In this document: positions 8,559 through 17,120 of the stretch, in pieces
How positions within the stretch are numbered: position 1 is the stretch's first letter
How the letters are laid out: the number at the start of each line of letters is the position of its first letter
IMG/VR virus record: IMGVR_UViG_3300025030_000084
DNA from: an uncultured virus (IMG/VR IMGVR_UViG_3300025030_000084)
Lineage: Duplodnaviria > Heunggongvirae > Uroviricota > Caudoviricetes
Direction: 5' to 3' (one strand)
Length of the DNA stretch: 64,000 nt
Translations under genes and position numbers: made by a program
The notes under the pieces: generated by a model
Database searches by the model: none
What the model saw: the letters and a program-made list of their open reading frames with translations, nothing else
Told to the model about the DNA's origin: nothing

Positions 8559-9751
8559 GCTTCACCTCCACATAACGGACAAGTATCCGGCATGGCTTTA
8601 TTGAATTCAATTTCTTTATCTGTAATCTGTTTTTCCAGAGTCGTTTTCTGCTTCAGTTGTTTTTCAATCAGCATGATAAGATTCTGTAACCCCTGTCCCT
8701 CTTTCTGAACTTCGGCCCGTTGATCGATCAATTTCAGGGCTTCGGTTACGGCAGGCTCCGCTTGTAACAGGTCGGCAACCTGCGCTGAATCGTCTTCGTC
8801 ACTCTCAATAGCTATGAGTAGCTGATTAAGGCCCAAAATGGTAGCATTTAGCGGTTCTACCTCGGCAAGCAAGGAAAGGGCTTCCTTTAGTTCCGTTTCA
8901 GCCTTTAAGAGGGAATTTAGAGCCGCTATTTCTTCTTGGTCTTTGGCTATTGCGGAAATTGTACCCGTGATTTGAAAAATAGTCTGTGATACCTCTTTCT
9001 GTTCCTGAATCTGCGCGAAGACCTTGTTAATATCCGTCTCGGATTGCAGGAGGGCGGCAAGTTCTCTTTCTTCCTCTTTCTGTCTTCCGAGTGACAAGAG
9101 AAGAGTATCCAAAGATCGAATAGTATTATCAAGGCTAGAATTGCTTTCGACAAGAAGCTCATATCCATGGACGTCCTCCTCCATCTGTTTGAGGAAACCG
9201 AAAGAAGCTTTCTGTTCCTCCAACTCGGTTAACTGCGCGGTCGCTATGTTGATATCATCTTTGTTGCGTGAGGCTGTTCCTTTGATTGCTTTGATGGTTG
9301 TATCTATGATTTCCAGATTACAACATTTGTTCAGAGTCTTGGCTACCTGCCCCGCCGTTTCCCCAAGAAGGAACGGAAGGTCCATTTGACGGCTGATATT
9401 GATTTCGTCCATGTTAATGACTTCGGCAATGTCGGTAGGCATACCGTCCTTAACCACGTTCTCATAGACGTTATCAACATCGTCATTCAGCAGGTAGTAT
9501 TTGTTTTTCGGGTCGGCGGTTCTGCTTACCACGTTACCGTCCGCAAAAGTAATTTCAACGTCCGTCACCCCGCCCCAACGAGATTGATCGAGGCCGCTAT
9601 TCGTGAGCACAAGTCCGGTGGCCCTAAGTACGGCAGACTTCCCGGCGTCCGACAAACCCACGATAGCATTAACCCCCGGCTTCAGCTTTATGAGGGTGTC
9701 GCGGTGGCTTTGGAAGTTCTTTATCTGTATTTGCGTTATGTGTTCGTTCAT
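8555..9751 (-). CDS. sbcC: SbcC/Rad50-like ATPase, N-terminal half
   Basis: IKNFQSH, Walker A GLSDAGKS, long coiled coil, ends at the Zn-hook CPLC. Confidence 0.85.
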   Translation of the reverse strand: MNEHITQIQIKNFQSHRDTLIKLKPGVNAIVGLSDAGKSAVLRATGLVLTNSGLDQSRWGGVTDVEITFADGNVVSRTADPKNKYYLLNDDVDNVYENVVKDGMPTDIAEVINMDEINISRQMDLPFLLGETAGQVAKTLNKCCNLEIIDTTIKAIKGTASRNKDDINIATAQLTELEEQKASFGFLKQMEEDVHGYELLVESNSSLDNTIRSLDTLLLSLGRQKEEERELAALLQSETDINKVFAQIQEQKEVSQTIFQITGTISAIAKDQEEIAALNSLLKAETELKEALSLLAEVEPLNATILGLNQLLIAIESDEDDSAQVADLLQAEPAVTEALKLIDQRAEVQKEGQGLQNLIMLIEKQLKQKTTLEKQITDKEIEFNKAMPDTCPLCGGEA

Positions 9752-9760
9752 ATCGGTCCT

Positions 9761-10063
9761 TTATTCAAACAAGTCTTTTAAGGTAGTGGATTGAGGGGGG
9801 CGAGGGGGGTAAATGCGGGGGTCGGCCATCATGGAAGATCCACTATGACCGCCCCCCGGTATGTCGAGGTTATGCAATGCTGCAAAAGTTCCGTCCAGAC
9901 TCGGTTTAGCCAACCAGAAAGTTTCATTGCCGCAAACAGGACAGCGGTATTTCCTTTGACGGTACGCCTCATTTGAATAGGCATACTTATCAAATTCTCT
10001 TGTGGCAGTCATAGGAGTGCCGCAACCGTATTTATTGCAAAGTCTTTCTTGCAAGTTAGTCAT
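9761..10063 (-). CDS. Hypothetical Zn-ribbon protein
   Basis: CxxxxC and CPVC motifs. Confidence 0.55.
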   Translation of the reverse strand: MTNLQERLCNKYGCGTPMTATREFDKYAYSNEAYRQRKYRCPVCGNETFWLAKPSLDGTFAALHNLDIPGGGHSGSSMMADPRIYPPRPPQSTTLKDLFE

Positions 10064-10262
10064 CCCTCTTGCTTAAAGCTGCTTCGTTGTTTGCTGCCTG
10101 CACTACCGCCCCCAGCGCAGCAACGTTATTGGTTTCTACCGTGAGCATGAGCGTGGTCTTTGTCAGCCCCGGACCCTGTTTGAAAGTATATCCGGCTCCG
10201 GCCAAATGCCTCTTGAAAATAGGAAGCTTCCAATCATCTATTGCAATTGCTGCTTTCTTCAC
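10056..10262 (-). CDS. Hypothetical protein
   Basis: AGGGGGAG RBS, GTG start, in operon. Confidence 0.6.
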   Translation of the reverse strand: MKKAAIAIDDWKLPIFKRHLAGAGYTFKQGPGLTKTTLMLTVETNNVAALGAVVQAANNEAALSKRDD

Positions 10263-10272
10263 ATCTCCCCCT

Positions 10273-10914
10273 TTACATGTATTTTTCTTCCTTCTTCCTG
10301 CGCCTGTCTTCCTTGGCTTGCTTCAGGGTGCGTTTCTTCTCAAGCTTCTCTTCTTTTGACTCAGCTACCAATTTCACCGTTTTAACCTGTTCAAGGGTCC
10401 AACCTGACATAGACCCTTCAGAAACTAATTCATGAACCGCATGGGCCATTTTTGCCAGCCCGTATGCGTCTGCTACGTCATTGTTCGGGGCTTCAAACCC
10501 CCACGTCTTGTAAACGTACATTTGCATCTGATCTTTATCAGCGTCCCCCCTACCGCTAACAAAGCACTTCAAGGATTTGACTTGAACGATATAGAATGGA
10601 ATGTCGAGGGAATAGAGAAGCATTCTGATAACGCCCCCAAGTTCCCCCGCTGCTTCTCGCCCATACTTGGCATTGTGGGCATACCCTTCTATGCAAACAG
10701 CTACAGGTTTAAGCTTGATACAGCAACTCCGCACTGTCTCGTAAATCTCAAAGAGCCGTTCAGCGCCCTTTGATTTCACCTTGATAGGTTTGGCGTACTT
10801 GGCATTACCTTGATCGTCAATGAACGCCACGCCGGAAGAGGTGAGGGACAGGTCCAACCCCAAGTAGACCTGTCCCGTTATGCGTTCTGCTTTCTTACCG
10901 GTGGTTCTACTCAT
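10273..10914 (-). CDS. ruvC: RuvC-like Holliday junction resolvase
   Basis: LGLDLSLTSSG, VCIEGY and DVADAY catalytic motifs; ATG 10914 overlaps the recA stop. Confidence 0.85.
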   Translation of the reverse strand: MSRTTGKKAERITGQVYLGLDLSLTSSGVAFIDDQGNAKYAKPIKVKSKGAERLFEIYETVRSCCIKLKPVAVCIEGYAHNAKYGREAAGELGGVIRMLLYSLDIPFYIVQVKSLKCFVSGRGDADKDQMQMYVYKTWGFEAPNNDVADAYGLAKMAHAVHELVSEGSMSGWTLEQVKTVKLVAESKEEKLEKKRTLKQAKEDRRRKKEEKYM

Positions 10915-12055
10915 ACCGCTTTTTCCTATCCGGTTGTACTTCCTTCTCCCGCTCGTTCCACTCTTCAGCAACTATGTCTTTCATCTCTGCCAGTCTGTCC
11001 TCCTCAGTTTCCAGCAGATCGATCAACTTGGCGCGGGAGATAGCTTCCTTCAAGCCTAAATCCCCCTTGGTATCAATGTTGGATTTGCCGCCCCCGGTCC
11101 ACGCGTCCATGTCCAGCATGAAGTCAATCATGGAGCCGATATCATCCACGCCGTAACCGTCATAGACGTTGAAGGAAACTGTGCGGCGTTTGCCCGTGAC
11201 TTTGTTCTTAGTCACCTTCACGTCACACTCCGCACCAATCCGTAACTTGGTTTTGGGATGTGTTATCTGGCCGGTAAGGATTACCCAAACTTCATGGGTA
11301 GCGTAAAACTTCAACGCCCTACCCCCGCTGCGGGTTTTCTTCTCAAAAGAACCGGGGGTGAGGTTGTCGCGGGTCTGACTGACTATCAGCAAAGCGCCCT
11401 TGGTACGCTTCAGCTTGCCGCACTCTTCCCGCAACAACTGACTGGCAAGCTTGGGTTTCGCCATGCCGTAACTGCCCTTGCTGTCCTTCTTGCTTTCCCC
11501 CAAGCGTATCTTGCGTTCCGATTCGATATGCTCCGTATCAGCTTCGGACCCAATGGCGTCAAAGGAATCCAGCACGTAGATGAACGGAACGTTATCACGA
11601 ATGGTAAGGGCTAGGTTGTCGCTGAACTGTTCGATGTTATCACTCGGCGGGTCCAGTACTTCAACCCGTTTCTCAGTCTTCGGTCCAAAGACTTCCCCAA
11701 GGTCAAATTCTAACGCGTTCTCGGCGTCATCATATCTCAGGCGCATGTTGTTATAGACGGGGTTGTAGGAAGCTTCCGCAAAAGCGGTTAGCGCAAGCTG
11801 TGTTTTGCCTGCGCCTGAGTCACCGATGATGTTAGCCATCTTCCCCAACTGCCAACCGAAATTCGGGTGTCCGGTCAAAGCAAGGTTCAGCAGGGTAGAC
11901 CCGGAAGAAACGAAGTGATCAGAATCAAGCGGTGCTTTCTTTTCCCTTTCTTTTTCGGGGGTGGTAGCCGGTTTTCTGGATCGTGATATGATCTGTTCCT
12001 TGAGCGGGGGTTTCTGCGGTGCTGCCTTGGGCTTGCTCGGCGGTGTTCGTCCCAT
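10907..12055 (-). CDS. recA: RecA/UvsX-like recombinase
   Basis: GDSGAGKT Walker A, DAENAL, VLDS, SGGRALKFYAT, TKNKV. Confidence 0.92.
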   Translation of the reverse strand: MGRTPPSKPKAAPQKPPLKEQIISRSRKPATTPEKEREKKAPLDSDHFVSSGSTLLNLALTGHPNFGWQLGKMANIIGDSGAGKTQLALTAFAEASYNPVYNNMRLRYDDAENALEFDLGEVFGPKTEKRVEVLDPPSDNIEQFSDNLALTIRDNVPFIYVLDSFDAIGSEADTEHIESERKIRLGESKKDSKGSYGMAKPKLASQLLREECGKLKRTKGALLIVSQTRDNLTPGSFEKKTRSGGRALKFYATHEVWVILTGQITHPKTKLRIGAECDVKVTKNKVTGKRRTVSFNVYDGYGVDDIGSMIDFMLDMDAWTGGGKSNIDTKGDLGLKEAISRAKLIDLLETEEDRLAEMKDIVAEEWNEREKEVQPDRKKRYE

Positions 12056-12254
12056 TGAAAAGCCTCCTGAATTTCTCTTCTACTACATAGATTTTGCCGC
12101 CTACCCCTCCGGGTTGAAAGCAGCAATCGTGCAATTCTACCCACGCTATCATTCTCTTGTGCTTCACGACAACGCCGAATTCCTTTTCGGCTATTTCGAT
12201 TGCACGTTTGATTGATATAGTGGGGGGTGCTGGGTCTGTACGGGGTTCCTCCAT
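11925..12254 (-). CDS. Hypothetical protein, excisionase/MerR-like HTH possible
   Basis: GAGG RBS; short helix-turn-helix-wing pattern (ISIKRAIE...WV...GGKIYV). Confidence 0.45.
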   Translation of the reverse strand: MEEPRTDPAPPTISIKRAIEIAEKEFGVVVKHKRMIAWVELHDCCFQPGGVGGKIYVVEEKFRRLFNGTNTAEQAQGSTAETPAQGTDHITIQKTGYHPRKRKGKESTA

Positions 12255-12273
12255 GCTTACCTCTTGAATGTAA

Positions 12274-12310
12274 TAAGGCGGGTCAGGGAATGAACCACTA
12301 ACCCGCCTTA
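12274..12310 (-). other. Intergenic stem-loop (processing/stability element)
   Basis: TAAGGCGGGT/ACCCGCCTTA, extendable to 13 bp with a G-U pair on the minus-strand RNA; no U-tract. Confidence 0.5.
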
Positions 12311-12337
12311 GTGTGACGTTAGATGTTATTGGGGAGG

Positions 12338-13498
12338 TTACTTACCTTCGTGACAAGCTTTGCACTTCTCCCACGTTTCTTCAGGGCAGGTATCGATGCA
12401 GCAATCCTGCGTTTCGTGGTCTTCCCCGAATTTCAACCCGTGCGGGCAGGGGTTTTCTTCCTTGGCTGCGCCACGGGTACGCCTGCCGCTGGGGGCCGGA
12501 TCTTCCTTCTTCTCTTCTTCCTTGGCTGCGCCCCTACCCCTGCGGCCTGCCGGGGCTTCTTCCTTCTTCTCTTCCGGTTCAGCAGCGCCACGCCTGCGGC
12601 GTCCCTCTTCTTTGGGCGGGTCGGCTTCCTCTTTTTCAGCGCCACGTCCCCGCCTTCTGCCGGTGTTCTCTTCCTTGGTGGGTTCCGGGTCTTCTTCCTT
12701 GGCTTCGGCCCCCCTGCGGCGTCCTGCGGGCTTCTCTTCTTCCTTTTCCTTGCCGGAATCAGCGATAGCAAGGAAGATCGCCTCTAACTTCTCGTAGGGG
12801 TGGATTTCGATGATGCTATCGAGGTCGAGGGTTTCGTCCAGAATCTCCTCGCCGTAAGCGTCCCGGTCGTCCGCGTCGATGCGGTCGCACTCGAAAAACT
12901 TGTTCTTGCCCATCGACTTCTCTTGGAAGGAAGCGATGAGCGTCTGCCCGTCTTCCAGATCCGCGAAACCGGCGTGGACCGTCTTGCGGCGGCGGGTGCT
13001 GCCTGCGCCGTTCTCGGTCTTGTTGATTTCCAGCAGCAGCTTTTTGTTGAACAGATGGTGGCTGTACTCAAAAAGCTGGATGGTCCCGGAATCGTCTTTC
13101 AGGTCGATAACCTGGAAAATTACGCGGTCCTTCGGGACTAGCGCCTTGACTTCTTCGTCCGTGGCGCTCGGGTCTTTTGCCAGAACCTTGTGAGCCTCAC
13201 AGATCGGGCAGGGGAGGCCGATGGTGCGTGGGCAAATATAGGACTTCTCTTCCGCACCGATGTTATAGTGGACCTTGATATCCTTCTTGTACCAGAGGTC
13301 GCCGGGGTTCAACCCTTCCGGGTGGTTCTTGATGGTGACTTCGTAAGGGAGGCAATCCAGCTCGTATTCCTCGGCTTTCGGCTGGAAGAACTTAGCTTTC
13401 GCGCCGTCCGGTATCTTGATGTACGCTGCACCGCCGGAAGCCTGTTTTGCTGCCGCCTCTTTTACCCTTTCCCTCATGCTGGGTCGTTTGCTTGCCAT
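12338..13498 (-). CDS. Single-stranded DNA-binding protein, T4 gp32-like, with long repetitive tail
   Basis: VHY...CPRTIGLPCPICE Zn motif, acidic core, location in the recombination cluster, and codon bias typical of highly expressed genes. Confidence 0.7.
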   Translation of the reverse strand: MASKRPSMRERVKEAAAKQASGGAAYIKIPDGAKAKFFQPKAEEYELDCLPYEVTIKNHPEGLNPGDLWYKKDIKVHYNIGAEEKSYICPRTIGLPCPICEAHKVLAKDPSATDEEVKALVPKDRVIFQVIDLKDDSGTIQLFEYSHHLFNKKLLLEINKTENGAGSTRRRKTVHAGFADLEDGQTLIASFQEKSMGKNKFFECDRIDADDRDAYGEEILDETLDLDSIIEIHPYEKLEAIFLAIADSGKEKEEEKPAGRRRGAEAKEEDPEPTKEENTGRRRGRGAEKEEADPPKEEGRRRRGAAEPEEKKEEAPAGRRGRGAAKEEEKKEDPAPSGRRTRGAAKEENPCPHGLKFGEDHETQDCCIDTCPEETWEKCKACHEGK

Positions 13499-13532
13499 GT
13501 ATTCCAAATCTCCTTGTTTGATGTGGTGTTAA

Positions 13533-13817
13533 TTACGCCAGCGTTTCTTCGGGGTCCGCTTGCTTTGCCGCCTGCTGAAGCTGGTAGGGCATCCACTCAC
13601 AGAAATACCCGCTCGGTTTCGGTGCGTCCCCCTGAATGAGCGGAACGGAAGTGCGGCTAGCGGTTACTCCGTTAGCGTCAAAGATACCCAAATTGACGCA
13701 GGTATCGGACCACACGCAGGTAACGATTGCAGCAAGTGGGCTTGACCCGTCCCATGCGATATTTTCCCCGTATCCCGGCGTGTAATACACGACTCTTCCA
13801 ACAGTAGGCTTGATCAT
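13533..13817 (-). CDS. Conserved phage hypothetical protein
   Basis: KPTVGRVVYY...AAIVT.V...VNL pattern common in phages. Confidence 0.65.
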   Translation of the reverse strand: MIKPTVGRVVYYTPGYGENIAWDGSSPLAAIVTCVWSDTCVNLGIFDANGVTASRTSVPLIQGDAPKPSGYFCEWMPYQLQQAAKQADPEETLA

Positions 13818-13903
13818 TTTCGTTGTTCTCCCCTGTCTTTGATGTTGTGGCGGGGCTAGGGTGTCTACTGTGAGTTTAAGGCGCTCGGCCCCCCAGCTTG
13901 TTG

Positions 13904-14224
13904 TTAGCGGTTTCTGCGACCCTTGGCTGCCGGTTTCGGCGGGGTCATGTCCACGCCCTTTGCTGCCTTGATCTTGAAGACGTTTTTATCCGGCACATGT
14001 ACTGTTCCGCTAGTAGCGGGGTTACGGGCTTCGTGGGCTTCCACAAAGACGTTGCTGAAGGTAGCGAAACCTACCAGCTTGACGTCCTTGCCGCCCTTGC
14101 AGGTATCGGTGATCGCTTCGATGGTGGCGTCGATAGCCGCTTTTGCGTCCTTCTGACTCCAATCCATTTTTTCTGCAACGAGTGCCGCCAGTTCCTTGAT
14201 ACCAATGCTTTCGTTCTTAGGCAT
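13904..14224 (-). CDS. hup: HU/IHF family DNA-binding protein
   Basis: VKLVGFATF...ARNPATSGTVHVP signature. Confidence 0.92.
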   Translation of the reverse strand: MPKNESIGIKELAALVAEKMDWSQKDAKAAIDATIEAITDTCKGGKDVKLVGFATFSNVFVEAHEARNPATSGTVHVPDKNVFKIKAAKGVDMTPPKPAAKGRRNR

Positions 14225-14270
14225 GTGCTTTACTTCTCCTTTGTTAGTGGTGTGGTGCTGCGTGTAAAGG

Positions 14271-14924
14271 TTATCGTTGCCTACGGTTCAGGGACTCTTT
14301 GATGCTCTGCTGCGTGTTCTTGCTCTTGAGTTCTTCCAGCCGTTTAACTGCTTCGGGTAGATCCCTCGGCTCTTGCGGGTTCGCAAAGTAGTTCATGCCG
14401 AAAAGCTTGATCTCCCCTTCAATGGCGCATTTCCTAGCAGCAAACTGCGCCACGGCCCCCCTCATCAAATCCGCGTAGTAAACCGCGTCAATCCAAGACT
14501 GCTTGATCTTTTTGTATTCGGGGTGCATCCGGTAGTACGCTTCAACGTTGGGGGCGGTAGGTTTGATACCGTTACCCATCACTTCCGGGGTTTCGTTGGC
14601 AATCTTCACCAACTCGCTACGCTTGGTCTTAACCTTCTCTTCCGCTTCCATTGCTGCTTTGTTGGCCCGTGCCGCTTCCTTGTTGTAACGCATGGCGATA
14701 CGGGCATGATTCAGGAATTCGGCGTCAAGGAAGAAGGGGTTGATAGCTAAATCAGCATCGTAGTCAAACGTTTCCCCATCTTCTACCTGCGGTACTTCCC
14801 TTTCCTGTGCTACCGGTTCCTCCTGTGTTTGCGGGGTTCTGGTTCTGACCCTCCGGGGCGGGGCTTCTTCGGCGGGCGGGGGTTCCGGGGGTCCTCGCCG
14901 TCTGCGCCGTTCTTCTACGCTCAA
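14271..14924 (-). CDS. Helical protein, UvsY-like recombination mediator candidate
   Basis: DLAIN...LD.EF...coiled coil...YFANP pattern next to SSB and RecA; Arg/Pro-rich disordered N-terminus. Confidence 0.5.
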   Translation of the reverse strand: MSVEERRRRRGPPEPPPAEEAPPRRVRTRTPQTQEEPVAQEREVPQVEDGETFDYDADLAINPFFLDAEFLNHARIAMRYNKEAARANKAAMEAEEKVKTKRSELVKIANETPEVMGNGIKPTAPNVEAYYRMHPEYKKIKQSWIDAVYYADLMRGAVAQFAARKCAIEGEIKLFGMNYFANPQEPRDLPEAVKRLEELKSKNTQQSIKESLNRRQR

Positions 14925-15250
14925 GTTCTACGCCTCCTTGTAGTGGATTGTTGACTACCTGCTGTTTGCGGCTTGATCTCGTAATCGCTGGCAAGCTTCT
15001 CGGTGCAGCTTTTGATTACCTCCTTGAGTTCCCTGAAGTTGGATGCGTCCGATGCCCGTATCTGCATGTTCAGTGCTGCCGTGATAGCCCCGTCCAAAGC
15101 ACCAAACCACTTGAACGGGCAAAGGGTATCTTCTATTTCCTGAGACTTGGGATTCTTGATAGCGCGGTATTCACTGATTTCATAACTCTTGTCGCCGCTG
15201 GTAATATAGAGGGTTTTGTCTGCTACCTGAAAGGGAATCTGCAAAGGCAT
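14921..15250 (-). CDS. Hypothetical protein (DUF5405-like)
   Basis: AGGAG RBS; YITSGDKSY...I..SDA..F.ELK pattern. Confidence 0.55.
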   Translation of the reverse strand: MPLQIPFQVADKTLYITSGDKSYEISEYRAIKNPKSQEIEDTLCPFKWFGALDGAITAALNMQIRASDASNFRELKEVIKSCTEKLASDYEIKPQTAGSQQSTTRRRRT

Positions 15251-15289
15251 TACATGTTCTCCTATTGGTTGTGTTGCAATGCGGAATTC

Positions 15290-15318
15290 GTTATAGACTA
15301 AAGAAAATCACATTGCAA
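15290..15318 (-). promoter_or_regulatory. Sigma70-type promoter
   Basis: TTGCAA-17 bp-TATAAC on the minus strand upstream of the HU/SSB/RecA operon. Confidence 0.65.
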
Positions 15319-15356
15319 CAAGAAAATGACACAAAAGACATAAACGGGAAATTATT

Positions 15357-16271
15357 TTATAACACACACTCGTAACAAGCTTTGACTAAGCCCGCCTTGC
15401 CACTGTCATAAAAGTTATCAGAAAAGCAGTCAAGAATCATTGCCGCTTGTTTCATGTCCTTGCCGCTTAACAATATAGCCGTTACGTAGCCAAGAATAGC
15501 CCTACGAACGCTCTCAGGTTCTTCGGCTACACCTTGTATTAGTTTTGCTACTACAGGCCATTTATGACGGTTTATGAGCGCCGTAATCAGTTCTTTGACT
15601 TGCGCCTCATTTTCTTCGGTCTGTTCTGCCGCCGCTTTCATTTCCTTGGGGGGTAAATCAATAACCCTTTCAAGGATTTGCAGGGCAGCGCGGGGGTGTC
15701 CGTTGGAAGCTTTAACTATCTGCTTCAGTACATCGTCCGGTACGTCCTTGTCCTCGGTGGCTACCACTTCGTCAAGGAGGGTAAACATTTCCTTATCAGT
15801 GAGTGGCTTGACTTCAAACGTAACACAACGGTCCTTCAGGGTGGGCTTGAGCAGTTGCGGGTCCGTGGTAGCCAAGATGAAGTATGCGTAAGAGGGTGGT
15901 TCCTCTAACATCTTAAGGAAAGCTTCCTGCCCTTGCTTGCTTATGCGATGACACTCATCGATAAACCAGATTCGGACCTTACCTTCCATTGGCATGTGGC
16001 GAATTGTTCTTTTCAGATCTCTTACCGCCGCCACACCCCCGCTTTCATCAGAAGCATCGATTTCCGTAAATTCAAACTCGGAACACTCTAAATTATCAGC
16101 AACGATTCTCGCAAGGGTTGTTTTGCCGCAACCCTTCGGACCAGTAAAAAGATAGACATGTGGGCGCTTATTGGCGGGTTGCTTCAGTTTGGATTCCAGT
16201 GCGGCCTTGAGTGCTGCGTTACCTTCAAACTCCTGAAGGTTCCGGGGGCGATAGTCTTTAGCTAAGGGCAT
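15357..16271 (-). CDS. dnaX: Clamp loader subunit (DnaX gamma/tau-like AAA+)
   Basis: YRPRNL, GPKGCGKTT, IDECH, LKMLEEPP, ILATTD. Confidence 0.9.
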   Translation of the reverse strand: MPLAKDYRPRNLQEFEGNAALKAALESKLKQPANKRPHVYLFTGPKGCGKTTLARIVADNLECSEFEFTEIDASDESGGVAAVRDLKRTIRHMPMEGKVRIWFIDECHRISKQGQEAFLKMLEEPPSYAYFILATTDPQLLKPTLKDRCVTFEVKPLTDKEMFTLLDEVVATEDKDVPDDVLKQIVKASNGHPRAALQILERVIDLPPKEMKAAAEQTEENEAQVKELITALINRHKWPVVAKLIQGVAEEPESVRRAILGYVTAILLSGKDMKQAAMILDCFSDNFYDSGKAGLVKACYECVL

Positions 16272-16273
16272 GG

Positions 16274-16636
16274 TTACTTCTCTCCTTTATTGCGAGATTC
16301 TTCCATCTGAATGGCGCGTGTGATTGCGTCTCTTGCTTCCTTCAGGTCTTGCAGTGCGTCCCCTTTGCCCCGAATACCCGTACAGAGTAACTTTTTCAGG
16401 GCATGTTGTCTTGCGGGGCAGATTACATTGAATGCGTCCAGTACGGCGTAAACGTCTATCTTGCCGTCAATCACGCAAGGAACTTCACGCAGGTACTTGG
16501 AGCCGCTCTCGTTAAACCGCATCACGGGTCGTTGTGGCTTAATAAGCGCCTCCGCCGTTTCCTGCACACAAAAAGGACATACTTCTTTTATTATGCTACC
16601 CGCTCTTTGCTTCCAGCCATGCTTATCACACTCCAT
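16274..16636 (-). CDS. DUF3310-like hypothetical protein
   Basis: IDVYAVL...QHALKKLLC.G.RGKGD..QDLKEA. Confidence 0.6.
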   Translation of the reverse strand: MECDKHGWKQRAGSIIKEVCPFCVQETAEALIKPQRPVMRFNESGSKYLREVPCVIDGKIDVYAVLDAFNVICPARQHALKKLLCTGIRGKGDALQDLKEARDAITRAIQMEESRNKGEK

Positions 16637-16877
16637 TTCTTACCTCCCTGTACCTTTGACTTTCGTTGATTTGATGCGGTGTTCTACCACACGGTAATGT
16701 CGCCCTGTATTTGTGCTGGGGTAGGTCAGGATGCACCACAAGCCCCATTTCCTTTGCTATGTCAACAAGCCGCATTTTTGTATAGTCGGAACGTTTAGCC
16801 AATGCTGCAAGGTCTATGAAAGCAAGTTCCCCAGCAACTACCCGTTGCATTTCCGCTCTAACGTCAATATCTATCAT
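16626..16877 (-). CDS. Hypothetical protein
   Basis: ORF coupled to its neighbours. Confidence 0.5.
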   Translation of the reverse strand: MIDIDVRAEMQRVVAGELAFIDLAALAKRSDYTKMRLVDIAKEMGLVVHPDLPQHKYRATLPCGRTPHQINESQRYREVRNGV

Positions 16878-17103
16878 GATAACACCTATCAAGATGCTCT
16901 TGCTGTTTAATGGTAAGCGGTAGGTCGGCATTCATACGGGCTTCCACGCTACGAATGAATTCTTGATCGTAGGGGTTATCAATCTTGTCGTTTTCCAACA
17001 GTTCCATAAGATAGGCCAACATCTTACGGTTCGCCCCTTCTTTCTGTTTGTGATCGCTTTGAAGCTTCCGTAATGTGTCGCCGCATGATTTTCTGAAAGC
17101 CAT
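16864..17103 (-). CDS. Hypothetical protein
   Basis: AGGAGG RBS before ATG 17103. Confidence 0.6.
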   Translation of the reverse strand: MAFRKSCGDTLRKLQSDHKQKEGANRKMLAYLMELLENDKIDNPYDQEFIRSVEARMNADLPLTIKQQEHLDRCYHDRY

Positions 17104-17120
17104 TATAACCTCCTGTGTAG

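Noticed and set aside
12338..12375. CKACH (CxxCH) as a c-type haem site
   Set aside because: The protein is a cytoplasmic SSB-like protein without a signal peptide; Zn binding is more plausible.
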